Shown in pieces: positions 13,142 through 31,142 of a stretch of 64,000 nucleotides of DNA. The stretch spans positions 8,494,001 through 8,558,000 of the forward strand of contig NC_045138.2 in the NCBI RefSeq assembly GCF_008831285.2, read 5' to 3'. Within the stretch, counting starts at the first letter, position 1; the number at the start of each line of letters is the position of its first letter. The stretch is from Nymphaea colorata. Its lineage: Eukaryota. Position numbers and translations under genes: made by a program. Below the pieces are notes generated by a model. It saw nothing but the letters and a program-made list of their open reading frames with translations, made no database searches and was not told the DNA's origin.

Positions 13142-16100
13142 CTCCACGATGCACTCCAGGCCTAACAATCGTCATAATCCAATACTACTGAGCTTTATCG
13201 CAAAGCTAAAATGTTGATCAAACAAGTATTGCAAAACTCGGGTGTAGAAACAATTTAAAGATTCAAAAAAATAACTTTTCAAAAAGGTTCCTGCATTTTT
13301 GAAATTCAAATCCCATACATTTTTCTAAAAAACAAAAAAATTCCAGAAGTTTTCTTTGAATGCATCAAAATTCTCTCAAGTTCTTCTTGAAAAGCCTCAA
13401 CCAACATAGTTAGTAAGTGTCAAAAAACCATGCCATGCCAGCAATAAGGAGGACAAAACAAGGACCCCGATGTGGACCAAAAAGGGTGAAAACAGAAAAA
13501 ACTTTTTTTGAATGATAAATTTATCCATGATAAACCAAAAGCAACCTGCCACCATTGTACCAAGTCGATCCGTGGACTTTCATTCTAATTTGGAACAAGG
13601 ACTGCGTTGGATGGGCAATGGACCAGGTACCCGATGACTAGTTGGCATCCAGCCGAGTTTGGGTTGGTTATTTGAGACTCGGGTCGGCTCAACTAAAAAA
13701 TTTGTCGGGCCAAGGCAGCCTGAGTTGGGTATTGAGAGCTCGGCCCTAGGGAATAATCATGAATATTTTTTATCATTTGCTCAATAAAGTAACAAGAAAA
13801 ATCTGAAATTTTAAGTAGACAATACGATTCAAGTTAGCCAATAATGAATTCAATTGGAATATAATTAACTAACTAATCGCAGCCCATGACATTATGAAGC
13901 AAGACTGCAAATAAAGTCATACAAGAATGCACATTTCTAAGTTGTAAACCTTAAATCAAAAGACGGGTTGCTAAATCCAATATGTGCATTCAAAGAGAAA
14001 ACTCTCGAGCCCTCATAAAAATGAATGCATTCAACAAAGTGAGATTGACATTAGACTTGAAAATATGAAAAAATGATGTCCATGTGTTACATGCTAAATA
14101 ATTGTGCAACCACTGACTGATAATAATACAGCAATATACAAGGACTCTGTTCTGTTGTAACAAAGAGGTGTGAGAAGAAAATACAAGACCATCAGCCATA
14201 AGCAATCCATTTGTCAATAGAGCTTATTAAGTGCAGATCAACAATTAAGCATCATAATCAAATTTTACGAAAACATACTCACAAAAAAACGTCAAACAAA
14301 TTAGGTATTGATTGTTTCATACCTTCCTAGATCAGATATCTATAGGAAATAAATATAAGACCCTAAATATCATTAAACAAAATTTTAGTTTAATATTGGG
14401 GAGATGACTTCTGTTGCATAATAGACAGCTGGGACCTGATCAACTTAATTTTATAAATTCCGAAAATATTATTCAAATAATCAATAAAAAAATTGCTCAA
14501 AGTTAGTTGAAAACCTTCCGCTGCTTTGTTATCACTTTCTCCATTCTGACCTAAAGTGAAGTTGTTTCCTACTTTGTGAATCTATAATTGTATAAGATCT
14601 GCCACCAGCCTTGATGTCACGACACAGAAATTCATGTTTCGCGATCTGTTGGTTGTTAGAAGTCAATAGTCACAAATAAAGTCTTAGAGTTTTAAATAGT
14701 GAGGTTTTTATCGGGTATATTATGGTGAGCTTGAAACAAAAAGAGAAAAATATGATAAATTTTTAAAAATTTTAAAAAACTAAAAATAAGGAAAAAATAA
14801 AATAAATGAGAAACTAATAACATAAAAATCAATAGATAAGTATAGTTGCAACAAATAAAAAATAAAAAATGAAAAAAAACTGTTTGACATTAAAAAAATT
14901 GAAAGAAATGAAAAATGTGAAAAAAATGTGTTAAAAAACGATTCTTTTCGTTTTTAATGTTTTTTTTCAAAAAAACACGTTTTGAAAGTTTTAAACAGTC
15001 ATTTAATTTACCATGTTTTTTCACGTTTTTTTTTTTTCGGCCTACAGTTAGAATTAAGCTCAACTTACGAATGATGTGTGATATGCTTGTACAGACAAAT
15101 ATATTGCGGCACATAAGTTTCAACTGATGTTGGATTCACCTACTCAAAACGAACTCTAACATGGAACCCCAAATAAGAAAGAATATTATTTTCATAAAAT
15201 AGATAACTAGAAGCAGGTTCACGAACACCATCAATGTCTACGGGAGCAGCCACAAACAATGAGATAATAAATATTGAATATTACTGAAGTAGTAGTCAAC
15301 AGGGCAGGATCAATGGCGGAGACAGCACTAATTCAAAAAATTTTATATCTCCACAAGCGCCATTACATATGAACAACCATATATATACTTGAAGGATCTA
15401 ATATGAAAACATGGAACCAACCATGATATCACCTCAATGATCTCCGTATGACACAACATTTGAATGCAGAACACAAGAAGTAAATACAAATTTTTAGCAA
15501 AATTCAGAGAATGTTATAAGTTAGGCCCCAACATGAGACAGTGCCTTGGGGGCTAGAAATGAGAAATTACTTTTGATGGTGAAATATTGGTAAAGTTTTC
15601 CTCGCAAGGGAAAAAAACAAAATAAAAAAAAAAGACCCCTTATAAAAAGACAAAAGTACCCTCAAATAAAAAGGGGTTCCCGTATGGGCCACCTATACAA
15701 CGTCCTGTCTCTTATTTCAACCGGCAGTAAAATCTTGGTCTTACTTTTGTCACAGTTGATAAACCTGTGAATTGAATTTAGGACTAGCTAGGTCATGGGT
15801 CCATGAATCAACAGAACAGCTTTTAGTGAAAAGAGAGAGTATTAGGTTTGCTTTCAGAGCTGCGATGATGCATTTCTGCTATACTTTAACTTACATATCA
15901 GTTAACGTCTCAAAAAATTGAAACTAGCCTATGAGCCGTTGTAAAGAAACAACCCCATAGGCAAAAATTTGAAAAAAAGACTAGTCACTTACGAGCCCTT
16001 GCATAATGGATGAAGAAGTTGAGCATATCTATGAAATAACGTGTAAAGATCAAGTAAATACAACTAAAACGTAACCACGGTTTATGAATACAATTACAAA

Positions 16101-16637
16101 ATAATATCAACAGTAAAAGTTACATTAATTTACAACTAATTCGTTGGTGACTCGACAAATTGTCTAGTTGACTTGTCCAAGTGTGATCGAACGAGAAATA
16201 ACGCACATCCATACATTCATCCAAGTGGGTCTTGTACTTATGACGACCTGCAGGGCCGGCGAATGATAAGTCCCATCAGAGATGACATGCACTTTGTATA
16301 TTTCCACAACGTATGAAAAAAATTAACAAGTATAGTGTGAATTTAAAGCAGATTTTGTCGTCTGGTAATTTTATTTAAAGTGGTTTGAACAATTTCAACA
16401 ACGCTCTTAGCTGGCTGAATTGTCTCTTATATAAGAAGTAGCAGAAAATGAATAAACCCATTCATGACAAGTCTTAATTGAATTATACATATCTTACATG
16501 TTTTTATATGATCAAAATTTTGCTTATATGTCAAAAACATTTTTGTTTTAACAAAAGCTACATTTTCTTTGCAGCTATATATCAAACAAAGGCGTCAACT
16601 AAACTTTTGTAACTTAAAAAAATGGTAGTTAAGGCGA

Positions 16638-16685
<48 letters not shown>

Positions 16686-17093
16686 CTTAGTAGGAGAAAG
16701 TAATATTAAAAAAATTTACAGCTAGCATTTTGTACTTTTCAGGTTAGTAGATGTTTCACTCCAAATCCTTATTTGGTAGCCTTTATGAAAACAGTAGCTT
16801 TTATTAAAGAGTCACTAAACAATTTTCTCTTTTTACATTATAAGTCAAAAGTAAGCTCTGAAAATTTGACCTTAAAAAGGGCGTACCAACGGTCCTTGAC
16901 ATTAACCATTCATCTTTGCGATAATATCCATGATAATCTCGGATCGCTTTTAAAAAAAGCAACTGAGAACTCAAATGATCCACCCACGTTAATTTGGGCA
17001 ACTGTTCTTTGTGAACTTGGTGTCCAAAGCATAATTTTACCTCTCTCCCTCTCTCTCTCTCTCTTTTGATGTTTGATGACGCCTTGTCACTGC

Positions 17094-17160
<67 letters not shown>

Positions 17161-17658
17161 AGCCCATTGTCTTCTCTTCATGGCTGTGGTCAAATACTAT
17201 TAAACCTCAGTCCATAACCTCTCTTCTTTATATGTTGTAGTTTTTATTTGTTGTTTCCCCATCTAATTCTCGTGAATGTGGCTCCATTTAATGAAGTTCT
17301 TTTCAAGTTTCTCTGTCCCACGAAGAATGAAACGGATTCAATAAAATAATTAGATGGCTTAAGAGTGCAGAAAAATAGGGGCTGAAAAGTACATGGCCAG
17401 AAGTTAATACAAAAAAAAAAGGAGAGAAGTTTTACTTTGAGATTTCTCTACTTAGTTTACAAACAAGCCCTAGACGCGTTAAGTAGAGAGAAAAAAAGAT
17501 GGATCTAGATCGACTTGTGTGAATTTGGATTGACATGGATCCATACATATTTACTTTTTTCAACATGAATCCTTACGTTTTGGATTTAATTATCTAAGGA
17601 CAAATATTCCAATAAAATAACAAAGCATACTCCAGCATAAAGTTCTAAATGCAAAATG

Positions 17659-18247
<589 letters not shown>

Positions 18248-18399
18248 GTGACTGAGTGAGAGAGATGAACTGAAGCTCCGTATAGACGCTAATGCATAGG
18301 ACAGGCATGATTAAACAGTAATTCAATGCATCAGACCATATACCATGAAAAGAGCCTTGGACTAAGACATCTACAATATATATATATATATGTAAAAGA

Positions 18400-18700
18400 C
18401 AATGTTTTTGTCCTACTCTTGATATAAAAGGTAATTCAAAAAATATTTTGAATCACTTTTCTTCCCTCTCTCTCTCTCTCTCTCTCAAAGGAGCAGGATG
18501 ACGGCGTTTTCTCCTGCTCCTGATAACCAATGTTTTTGTCCTGTATAAGAGCTAACTCAAAAATTATTTTGAATCGCTTTTCTTTCTCTCTCTCAAAGGG
18601 GGCAGGGAGACCATGTTTTCTCCTACTCGTGATACAAGAGCTAATGCAATTAATATTTTGAACCACTTTTCTTCTTCTCTCTCTCTCTCTCTCTCTCTCC
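18400..18700. repeat. Three degenerate ~105-125 bp tandem units upstream of the MYB gene
   Basis: Recurring unit TGTTTT..TCCTACTC.TGATA.AAGAGCTAA...ATATTTTGAA.CACTTTTCTT(CT)n, seen three times. Confidence 0.75.
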
Positions 18701-19117
18701 TTCGAAATAAAGAAGCGGAAGAAATGACTGGCAGAGGGTCCTACACTTAACCAAAAAATTCACCCGACTTGAACCTGACAGGTGATGGAATGAAGCATGC
18801 GTAGTGTGGGAGGGCCTGTGTTTTGCAAAAGCACCTTCCACACTCCCCCTTTTCATATTTCATCACAAACCGTTTGTGGGTTGATGACACCAATCATGCA
18901 ATTATAGTTAATTGGAGGTGAATCCCACACTTTCCCTGCCTTCTCTCACTTCTTTTAACTCCTCTCTACTTCAACGCCTTCCTCCCTCTGCTTTCCGCTC
19001 TTCTCTTTCACACCCAAAGCACTGTCTCATCTTTACTTCTTCCTTCTCCCCACAAGGTGTAGGCTCACTCTGTTCCTGTTTTCTTTCATGGTTTCCCTTC
19101 CTGTACTACAGTCATGC

Positions 19118-19294
19118 TTTACATTTTGAGCGTTTTAGGACTAATCCAATTATGTTTTGTTTTACTGTAATCTTCTCAATCATTTCTTGTTAATGAATAT
19201 TTTTTTCTCACGTTTTACATTTTGAATGTTCTAGGATTAATCCAACTATGTTTTGTTTTACTGTAATCTTTTCAACATTTTCGTGTTTAATGAG
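19118..19294. repeat. ~95 bp tandem duplication just upstream of the MYB ATG
   Basis: TTACATTTTGAGCGTTTTAGGACTAATCCAATTATGTTTTGTTTTTACTGTAATCTT versus TTACATTTTGAATGTTCTAGGATTAATCCAACTATGTTTTGTTTTACTGTAATCTT. Confidence 0.85.
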
Positions 19295-19378
19295 TCTTAA
19301 TTTGCTTTTTTTTTTTTTTGTTTCGACATCCGGAGCACTAATAGGAAGGAAGCTGATCAGTCAGTGCCGTTCAGAGAG

Positions 19379-20040
19379 ATGGGGAGGCCTCCTTGCTGTG
19401 ACAAATCAAACGTGAAAAGAGGGCTGTGGACAGCTGAAGAGGATGCAAAGATTCTTGCTTACGTCTCTAGGCATGGGACGGGCAATTGGACCTCTGTTCC
19501 TAAGAGAGCAGGTTGAAGGAGGACCTCCTTCGTCATTAGATATGCTCAAATGTGTTCGAGTCCCACATTTTTTTTAAGCTAAGATCAGGTTTGATGTCAC
19601 AGGGAAATCTCGGCCTTAAGAAGGAAATTTTTGTGTCCTATCAATTGATTGATGAAATTCCTTTGAAAAAAACTTCATGCTTATCCATCGAACCTCAATA
19701 ATGGCAGGAAAAACTTCGTAAGATCTTCAAGGTTAAGAGTTCGATAAGCCCACGGAATCTATCTGGGTATAATGCAGTTGGATTAATCTGACTTCCGAGA
19801 AAAGCAAACTAAACTAAGAGCAGAGAAGGCAAATTAAAGCATATAAAAATTGGTGTTTTCATTGAAAAGCCAGTGGATTGATGTTCTTCTTGGCATGATG
19901 CTGTGACAGGGCTGAAGAGATGCGCAAAGAGCTGCAGGCTAAGATGGACAAATTATCTGAGGCCTGACCTTAAACACGAAAGGTTTACATCCGAGGAAGA
20001 GGAGCTCATTGTTAAGTTGCATGAAACTATAGGGAGCAGG

Positions 20041-20074
<34 letters not shown>

Positions 20075-22157
20075 TGTGTTATTTATTTTTATTTTTTGTC
20101 TCTGTTTAAATTGATTGTTTGTACTTTAATATTATTATTTATTACGTCAACTTGATCGATAAAGAACAAAATTTAATGGCTCAGGTCGTCCAGAAACGTC
20201 TGCCATCCCATCAATTAAATTAGTATTAAATCTTTTCTTTTTCTTTCTCCTCTGAATTGTTGTCGCATTTAAGACCTCTCTTTTTCTCGCATTGAAAAGA
20301 CATATATATATCTCTCTCTCTGATTCTCGTCGCATTGAAGAGATGACTGATTGTCTGTTCTTTGGAATTATTGCTTCAAAATTGATCGGAGGGAAGTTTT
20401 TATGACCCGAACGACTGAAAACAACTGCCTTTCGCAACTACATAGTCACCATTTTGGCATTAACTCTCTCTCTCTCGCTCTCACCTTCTTCTGGTCCAGT
20501 TTTATCCAACTGCATAAGCAAGTGATGGAGCTTGCAACAAAGGTGCCAGTGACAGGCTAACGACAGTGACAATTGATCACCAAAAATCTACATGTAGACG
20601 TCCCATTTTAATAATTTGATATGCAAAATGACCATGCACAGAAGAATCTAACGATTCGCGTTAAAAATTCTGGTTCAATTTTAGAGTCAAAATTGGTTTA
20701 CTCAACGATCATGTTATAAATTTTAGGCAATGTCCACTGGACTCCCTATGCGGGTCAACCCATTAGGAGATTGAGCTTTATTCTAAAATTATAAAAACTC
20801 TCTCAACACTTGTTTGATTTGCTGGAAAATTGATGATGGGTGGTAGTTTTAACTTTAATGCTTTTTTTTTTTATCAAAAGTTTTTTATTGATATATTGAT
20901 ACTTGATATTCAATTGTGTTGAAATGTGCAAATAAGAATAGCTTAATGGTCTTGTTTGTTATTACACGAGTAAATTATACAAGTAATCGACTCATTGTAC
21001 AACTTTTCATGTTTGAATGACAAGTTATACATCAATTTTCTTCTAAGACAATAATTAACAAAGCCCAGCCCGAGTTATTGAGTTGACGCACGAATAGACA
21101 ATGGACTGGTGAGCCCAAGTCACCGGGCATCAAAACATTTGTTTCAAGCATTAAAATCTAGTGTGGTCTATTGCTTTCTTGTTCTAGTGATATACATTTG
21201 TGGTGCTTCCACATAGTCTTGCAAAACTGATTATTTTGTTGCAGGTGGTCTCTAATTGCAGCTCAATTGCCAGGTAGAACAGACAATGACGTGAAGAACT
21301 ATTGGAACACCAAGCTAAAGAAGAAACTCTCTCAAATGGGGATTGATCATGTGACCCATAAACCCTTTTCCCAGATAATAGCAGATTATGCAACAATCGG
21401 CCTTACCAAGCCACCTGCAAATGATCTCACCACCATTCACCCACAGAACCCTCCAATGAATAAAGCCTCAGCAACCTTCCCCACCAGCCAAGGCCTTGGA
21501 GATCCATTCATGACAGCAGGCCTGCAATCAACCCAGAACTTTCAAAGAACTCCTCAAGATGGCCACCTTCCTGACCAGTATCCATGGGACCTTCTTCATC
21601 AGCTGCAAGCAATGAAGCTCTTTGCACAAGCACCAGACTGTGACTCCACCCAGATTACTGCTCATGATATTCCTACTAGCAGCTGCACTGCAATGGCCTC
21701 AACTTCAGCTCACCTATCACAGTCCCATGTCCCTCAGTTGGATGATGCTTCTTCTTCGAACTGGACTGAGTTTCTTGTACAAGACGACGATGATCAGCTT
21801 CCCCTTCCAAGTGTTCTTCAGGAGTTTTCATCAATTGATCAGCAGGCGCAGTGCATGGACACAGGCTATGACCAACAACTGGATTGCCTGTTTGGATCTA
21901 ACGATCTAAATCTCACAAAGTGTGACTTTGGTGAAAGAGATGATTGCCTGGACAGCCAAGTCTTTCCTTTCATGGAGTTCCCTTGTAATGGCATCCAAGA
22001 GAACTCCAGCCATGGCTCCACCGACTCTGTAGCGAATTGTTTCCTTGGGAATCTATTAATGGACGGGCTTCCGGATGATGGCAGCACTCTAATTTGGGAC
22101 TTGCCGGAGTTTCTTGACAACCCAATGAAAGACTTGTTCAATAGAGGAGGTGCCTAG
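19379..22157 (+). CDS. MYB35: R2R3-MYB transcription factor, MYB35/TDF1-like; exons 19379-19511, 19910-20039, 21245-22157
   Basis: Canonical 133/130-nt R2R3 exons with GT-AG introns. [29 protein letters not shown]...[12 protein letters not shown]...[46 protein letters not shown] matches the MYB35/TDF1 N-terminus as I recall it. MYB identity is certain; the orthology is inferred. Confidence 0.9.
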
Positions 22158-23789
22158 ACATGAAAATTTGACTGTGTAGCTACATATATCACTAGAGCTT
22201 TATAAGTATTGAAATAAAAAGATCTTGATCCGATACCAAATGATGTAGAAGAACAAGCTAGATGCGTTCTGGCTTTTAGTTTTATAAGGAAGCTTTCCAC
22301 TTTTCTTTATGCTTTCACCTCTTTGCTTTCTTTTTCTCCTTCAGTTTATGTTTCTAAACCGGTTCAAATAGGTTCGAAAAGTTAATGAGCTGAACAAAAG
22401 CCAACTGTAGAGGGGACTAGCGTGTTAAAGAGGAGTTCGAACTACTCTTTAACATTTTATACCATCGGTTAGGAGACGAGACTGTTTCAAGCCATATATA
22501 TATATATATACATATATATAATATGCTCTTTTAATTTGCCACATAAAAAAGTTGTTTTAACATTAAGTTGTTCTAATTTCATATCATACATGGCAATTAA
22601 AACAATATAATACATGACATCTAAAACAAGTGGAGTACGTGTAAAATTATGTCTTCCAATAGAAAAAAATATTGTTAAAATCATTTCATTCTGCTGTAGC
22701 CCTTTACAACTAACTGCTTTATACCTCTAATCCTGAGGTACATTCCTTTTCCTTAAAGACTCACTTGAAACCAACAATTTTGTTGTCCTTAGGCAGTATT
22801 ACAAGTTTCTATGTTTGATTCTTATGAAGAGATTCAATTTCTTTGTGCATGACAACCAACCACTTAGGAGAATGAGTACACTTCATTGCCTTTGAATATA
22901 ATGAGGGCTTTTCATTAACAGTTGACTCTGTAACTGGCAAAAGCCTAAACAACTCTATCAACATATGCATACATTTGTGAAGGTTTAATATTTCTCATTG
23001 CCGGCATTTAACAATGTGGTGTTCCTTTGTTTGCTCATGATGTTGAGGGACTTAATCATGAATGATAAACTGCACTTAAGGTGCTTGTGAATGACTTGAG
23101 TTGATCATGTGTTAGAAGTCTAACTTCAAAATTTATCATTTTTGCTCAACTGATTGTACATTGGACTTTCTCTGCATCATGCTCGGTAGAATATTTACTT
23201 TTTGGATATAATGAAGATGATTCATTAAAGATTACATCTCCATTGACAATAAGTTTGAGAGATTTGCAATCGTGACACCAAAGGCTATATCTATTTACTC
23301 TAAATGCATAATCTAGAAAAATACACTTTTAGCTCTAGGCTCAAGTTTACCTTAATCAATATGAGCATATACAGGACAATCAAATATTCTTAAATTAAAT
23401 AATATGCTGGAGAACCAAGCCATACATCTTCAGATGTCTTGCATTTAATTGAAGCATTGGAAAACCAATTTATTGCATAGCAAGCCACACCAATTACATC
23501 TGCCTAAAACCAATGACATACAACATGTCTTTTCTAATAAAATTTTATTCATATGCTCAATAACCCCATTTTATTAGAGCGTTTTAATAATAGTGCACAA
23601 CCTATCAATGCACTCATCTTTGCAATATTGGGTAAATTCATTATTATAAAATTCAAGCTCATTGTCAATACAAAATGTTTAATCTGCTTTCCTTCTTATT
23701 TTTCAATTAAGGTCTTCCATATCTTAAAGGTCACAAATATCTCACTTTTTAATCTAACCCTTGATCCAAGCCTTGGACATTGATTGGAA

Positions 23790-26890
<3,101 letters not shown>

Positions 26891-27199
26891 TACTATTGGT
26901 GCATTTCTATTAACTTGAGCATCATCTACATTGCCGCTGTTAAAACATGTCACCTTCTTTGACCTTGACCCCATCGGTATTATATCTCATTGCTTGATGA
27001 TTGTATTTGCTTTTTTGTATATAAGTCTAACTGAGGATGATCAATCATGTTCACCTATATCTAAGATTTACAACCCTCTTCAATTTAAGGCTTGATTGAA
27101 AACAATTTTTTTTTCTACCTTATTTTAATCACCATCTTAGACAACATTGCATTAGAGAACCGATTTTGCATGTTTGCTCATATTTTAAGACTTCCTATA

Positions 27200-29150
27200 C
27201 CTATTTGTGTCGGTCATTAAGTTGTCAGGTTTGATCTTAAGCATTAGTACAAGACTAAGCCTTATAACTGATCCACACCTTGGGCAAAAAAGCTCTTTCA
27301 TTAGTACCATGAGTGGTAACTTGTGGTATATTGATGAATGACTAAAAATAAACAGAGAAGCTGTAGCTTTAGTTACCTAAAGAAGAACCTATGCTAGTAC
27401 TAAGCCATTGGGCTAAAGTATATTAACATAACTTGATATTGGATTATCGTGGCGCAAAGTTATTTCAATTAGACCCATATACCTCTTTTTCAAAAATTTT
27501 AACATGATAGATGTATGTCATTTAGGAAGCGTTGGATGTATACAAAACTTTGTGTGGTGATTTGCAACCTCATTATATACCTCTATCTTATATCGTCCTT
27601 GTTAACTTTGTCAACCTTTCTCATTAATTTAATCTCTATTATAGAGAGTTTACACTCAAGATGTATTCTTTCCAACTTCAAAAACTTTCTCTTGAGCCAT
27701 TTTTTTCTTTTCTTGCTAACCCTCACCTATCCCTTCTCCTTTTCTATATTTTTTTGTGAGGCTCACTCAGTGGTCCTGACTTTTTCTTATAGCAGTCCAT
27801 TTTCTCCTTCAGCTGTAAATCTATATTTTTATTGCATTTGGATGATACCCCTTTCTCTGTTCATTTGGCATCCTTCTTCTCCCCTTTTTTTGGGGATCAT
27901 CATTTCTTTAAACATAAAACTAAGAGGTACAACATGGTCTATCTCTTCTTCATTCCTACATACTCTGCAAAAGGGTTTGGAAAAATTGAAATTAGAGGTG
28001 TATCTGGACATGAAGACATGCCGTTTTCTTGTTCCCTTGCATCCTTAGTAACTCCTCCTTTCTGCTTTGGTTGTTCTCCTCGTTCTTGTCCCTCAACCTC
28101 ATATCTCTCATGTTTTTGCTGCTTTCTTTGTCCATTTCCTTTGTGGATGCTGATCCGCTATCTTCTTGCTTTGGCCTTTGGAACCTTGCTTCCTATTGCT
28201 GTTCCACTCATTTTGTTCACCCCACAAATAGATGGAGTCCTGCCAATAATTTTACAGCCTGCCAAGGATTCCGATGAGTTTCTTTTCCTTCTTTCGTATC
28301 CCCTTTGACATGCAAGAAGCCTCCAAATGTGTCATAGTTCCACCATGTCACAATAGTTTATGTGAGATTCATAAACCACTTCCTGCTCTTGCAATTTCCC
28401 TTCTCCCAACCCCAAATGGATTATAGGGATGGGCTTGAAGCCAATCAGAACCTGTACTGCCAGTCTAGCAAATCCCAATTTCCCCATGTTTCATGTACAT
28501 TGATCAACGATCACCAAATTTCCCCTCAAGGCTTTCACAATACTCCTAAATGCATCCTCATTCTAGTAGATCACTGATAAATTGGGCAATGGAATCCAGA
28601 CGACTACTATTTCAGCCTCATCAATCTTTATTTCTTGTTTGGGCTACTCTTAGCTCTGTATTGGAGTTTTATTACCGATCTTTTAGGCTTGTCTCTTGCT
28701 AATCACCTGTATCTCCTATTCAGCATCAACCCTCATAGGAATCTGTTGCTACTGATTACAGAGACTTTTGGGTTGCCCACCATTATCCATTGCTTCCTCA
28801 CAGTTTAAAAGACAAATATATAGTTGACAACTGACTTCCCTTGATTACCAATGAGCCCTGCAATTGCCGACAACTGAGATTGATGAAGCATTTGATTGAA
28901 GGCTTCTGGGTGAATACAAAGCATCGGTTGATCATGCTAAGAGAAATGTCCGCCTTGGGGACTCCCATGAAGTTGATTCTTCCTTCACGCTCTACACTTT
29001 ATGCTCAATCTTTTTGATCATCTTCTCTAGCAGCCGTCGCCTTCTTTGGACTGGTTTCATTCTCTGATCCCCAGATAGTCACTAGGGTATCTAGATGCGT
29101 TTATGATTAGCTACAATGCCCTTTTCCAGCCAATTCAACGATTGTAACTT
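27200..29150 (-). mobile_element. Decayed L1-type LINE, ORF1 region
   Basis: Minus-strand translation of ~28630-28310: KIDEAEIVVVWIPLPNLSVIY*NEDAFRSIVKALRGNLVIVDQCT*NMGKLGFARLAVQVLIGFKP...EQEVVYESHINYC / GTMTHLEASC. This is the VWIxLPxL...FARxxV...YE + CCHC signature of plant LINE ORF1, with stops and a frameshift. Boundaries approximate. Confidence 0.75.
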
Positions 29151-30679
29151 AGAGCAGAAATCATTAAAAAAATATATGCCCACCAAAAAAAAATCATCAT
29201 TTTTTTTCACTATCAACAGGTACGCAAAGAAAGAGCAAGAGAGAGCAGACAAAATGAACATTGCATGAACAAAATGGATGCCATGAAGGAACTCTACGAG
29301 AAAGCCAGATATTGGTATTGGTAATTGATTTGCAGAGGCAAAGTGCCAAAGATACGCAAGAGAAAAAAAATTGTTTAAGAACTTATAATAGCTTAAATTA
29401 ATATTTTATTTCTACTTAATAATATGTATAATCATGGTTAATTTTTTAGGTATAAACATAAATATTATTTACATATAATGTTATTTGTTTGAAACATATG
29501 AACTGATAAGCAAAAATGAAAATCCTACAAACCAATTATAAATCGTGCCATTTGATCAAATTAATCCACAGTTTAGTATGAGCAAAGAGCACATGTAAAG
29601 TTATTTTTTTGTGAAGGTAAATTATAATAAACGCTTTCAACTTTGAAAAAGTTAACTTTATATGTGATAGTTTATTAACCATCAATAAACCTAGACTCAT
29701 AATTCATAACTAACCATCAATAAACCAAGACTCATCATTTATTAACATGGCGATGGTAATGAGCCTGGATAATTGTCAACAGAGAATGTTGTGTTTTGAG
29801 GGTCGAGCAACATATTGGGGATTGGAAATTATGTAAAACTGGGTATTTCTTTTTATAAGGATAAAATAAAAAAAAAACAAAGCTACCTTTTTATTGGAAG
29901 ATCAAAGTGTCCACTATGTAAAGAAAGTATAATATTGTCTTTCCCCATGAGGGCCTGCCTAAACATGCAAATAGCCGAAAACCTAAAAGGTGTTTGGCAA
30001 TAGGAATGATGCGTTTCTTCAAACAAACGCAGAGTTGTAAAGAACACAATGTACATCATATCCAGCAGCCTCTGAACGACCAATTTGGAACTGATACCCA
30101 TCAGGTCATGTCCACCAATAATGAGGGAAATGTGGGTGGGCAATTGTCAACGTCAATCCATATTATGTTATTTACATGTAAATATCTTTGAAATGTTTAC
30201 TTATTTATATAAAGATGTTTGTAAAGTTTAAATTTAAATCAATACCCTTTAACCATAAATTACTAACTCAGTCATTCCTATCAACATATTTTAATATAAA
30301 AAAATAAATTATACTTTTATAAAGCGATGATGGCTGTAAGAAAAAATAGAGGTGAATTTAAGAGCTGTTTGGTAACAATAACACATTATTCTTTTATATG
30401 AATCTGGTTAAAAAATATGGTAGATTTATAAAAAATACTAGAACATTTGTTTCATGAATTGAAACAGGTTCGTAAAATAATAATAATAATATGTGATGAT
30501 TATCAAACTGATACTTAAACAACACTAAAATAAAGGCAACTATATATATAAAAAAAAACTTGTCATAGAGAAAAAGGAATTATTGGGGCTAATGGTTGGC
30601 TGGAATAGGTTGAGGAGACCAATCAGGTTATATTTTCTTAAGCCCTTTTTTGAAATTTTATCAAATTTGTTTTCTTCTA

Positions 30680-30994
30680 GCTGCATCGAGCCGGCTCGGC
30701 CCGACACCTGAACTCAATCTCAGGTTCAGTCCAAGACCTGAAACTCAAGTTCGGAGAACAATATTTTTAAATATAAAATAAATTTTTAATATAAAATATA
30801 TTTTTAATAATAAAATATATATCATTATTAAAATAAAAATAATATTAAAAATAATATCGGGCCTACTCGATATGATCCGGTACATTATTGGGTCGACCCA
30901 AACTAATTTTTTCGAATCCAAACTCAAGACCATACCGAGTACCCATTGGGTACCCGACTACATACTCAACCGACCCGCCCCGTAGCTAGCCCTA
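30680..30994. mobile_element. hAT-type MITE fragment
   Basis: GC-rich CCCGA/ACCCG arms around an AT-rich core, ending TAGCCCTA. The left terminus is missing. Confidence 0.4.
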
Positions 30995-31142
30995 CTTGCA
31001 ATAAGCTAAGGTAAATCATCAAGTCTTTCAACTAAAGTCATTTCCAAGGTGGATGGAAAGAAAGACTCAATTGCAACACCAGGGAAGCCAAACTGCCTGA
31101 GTCTTGGTGCGTATGTAGTTCTCAAATTGAAGATAAAGTGCG

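Noticed and set aside
19515..19580. B-box-like GTTCGAGTCCC, USE-like GTCCCACAT and a 7-bp hairpin in MYB intron 1
   Set aside because: No A-box, cloverleaf or snRNA body; compatible with chance.
27515..28577. Plus-strand hydrophobic ORFs
   Set aside because: Antisense to a purine-rich decayed LINE ORF1.
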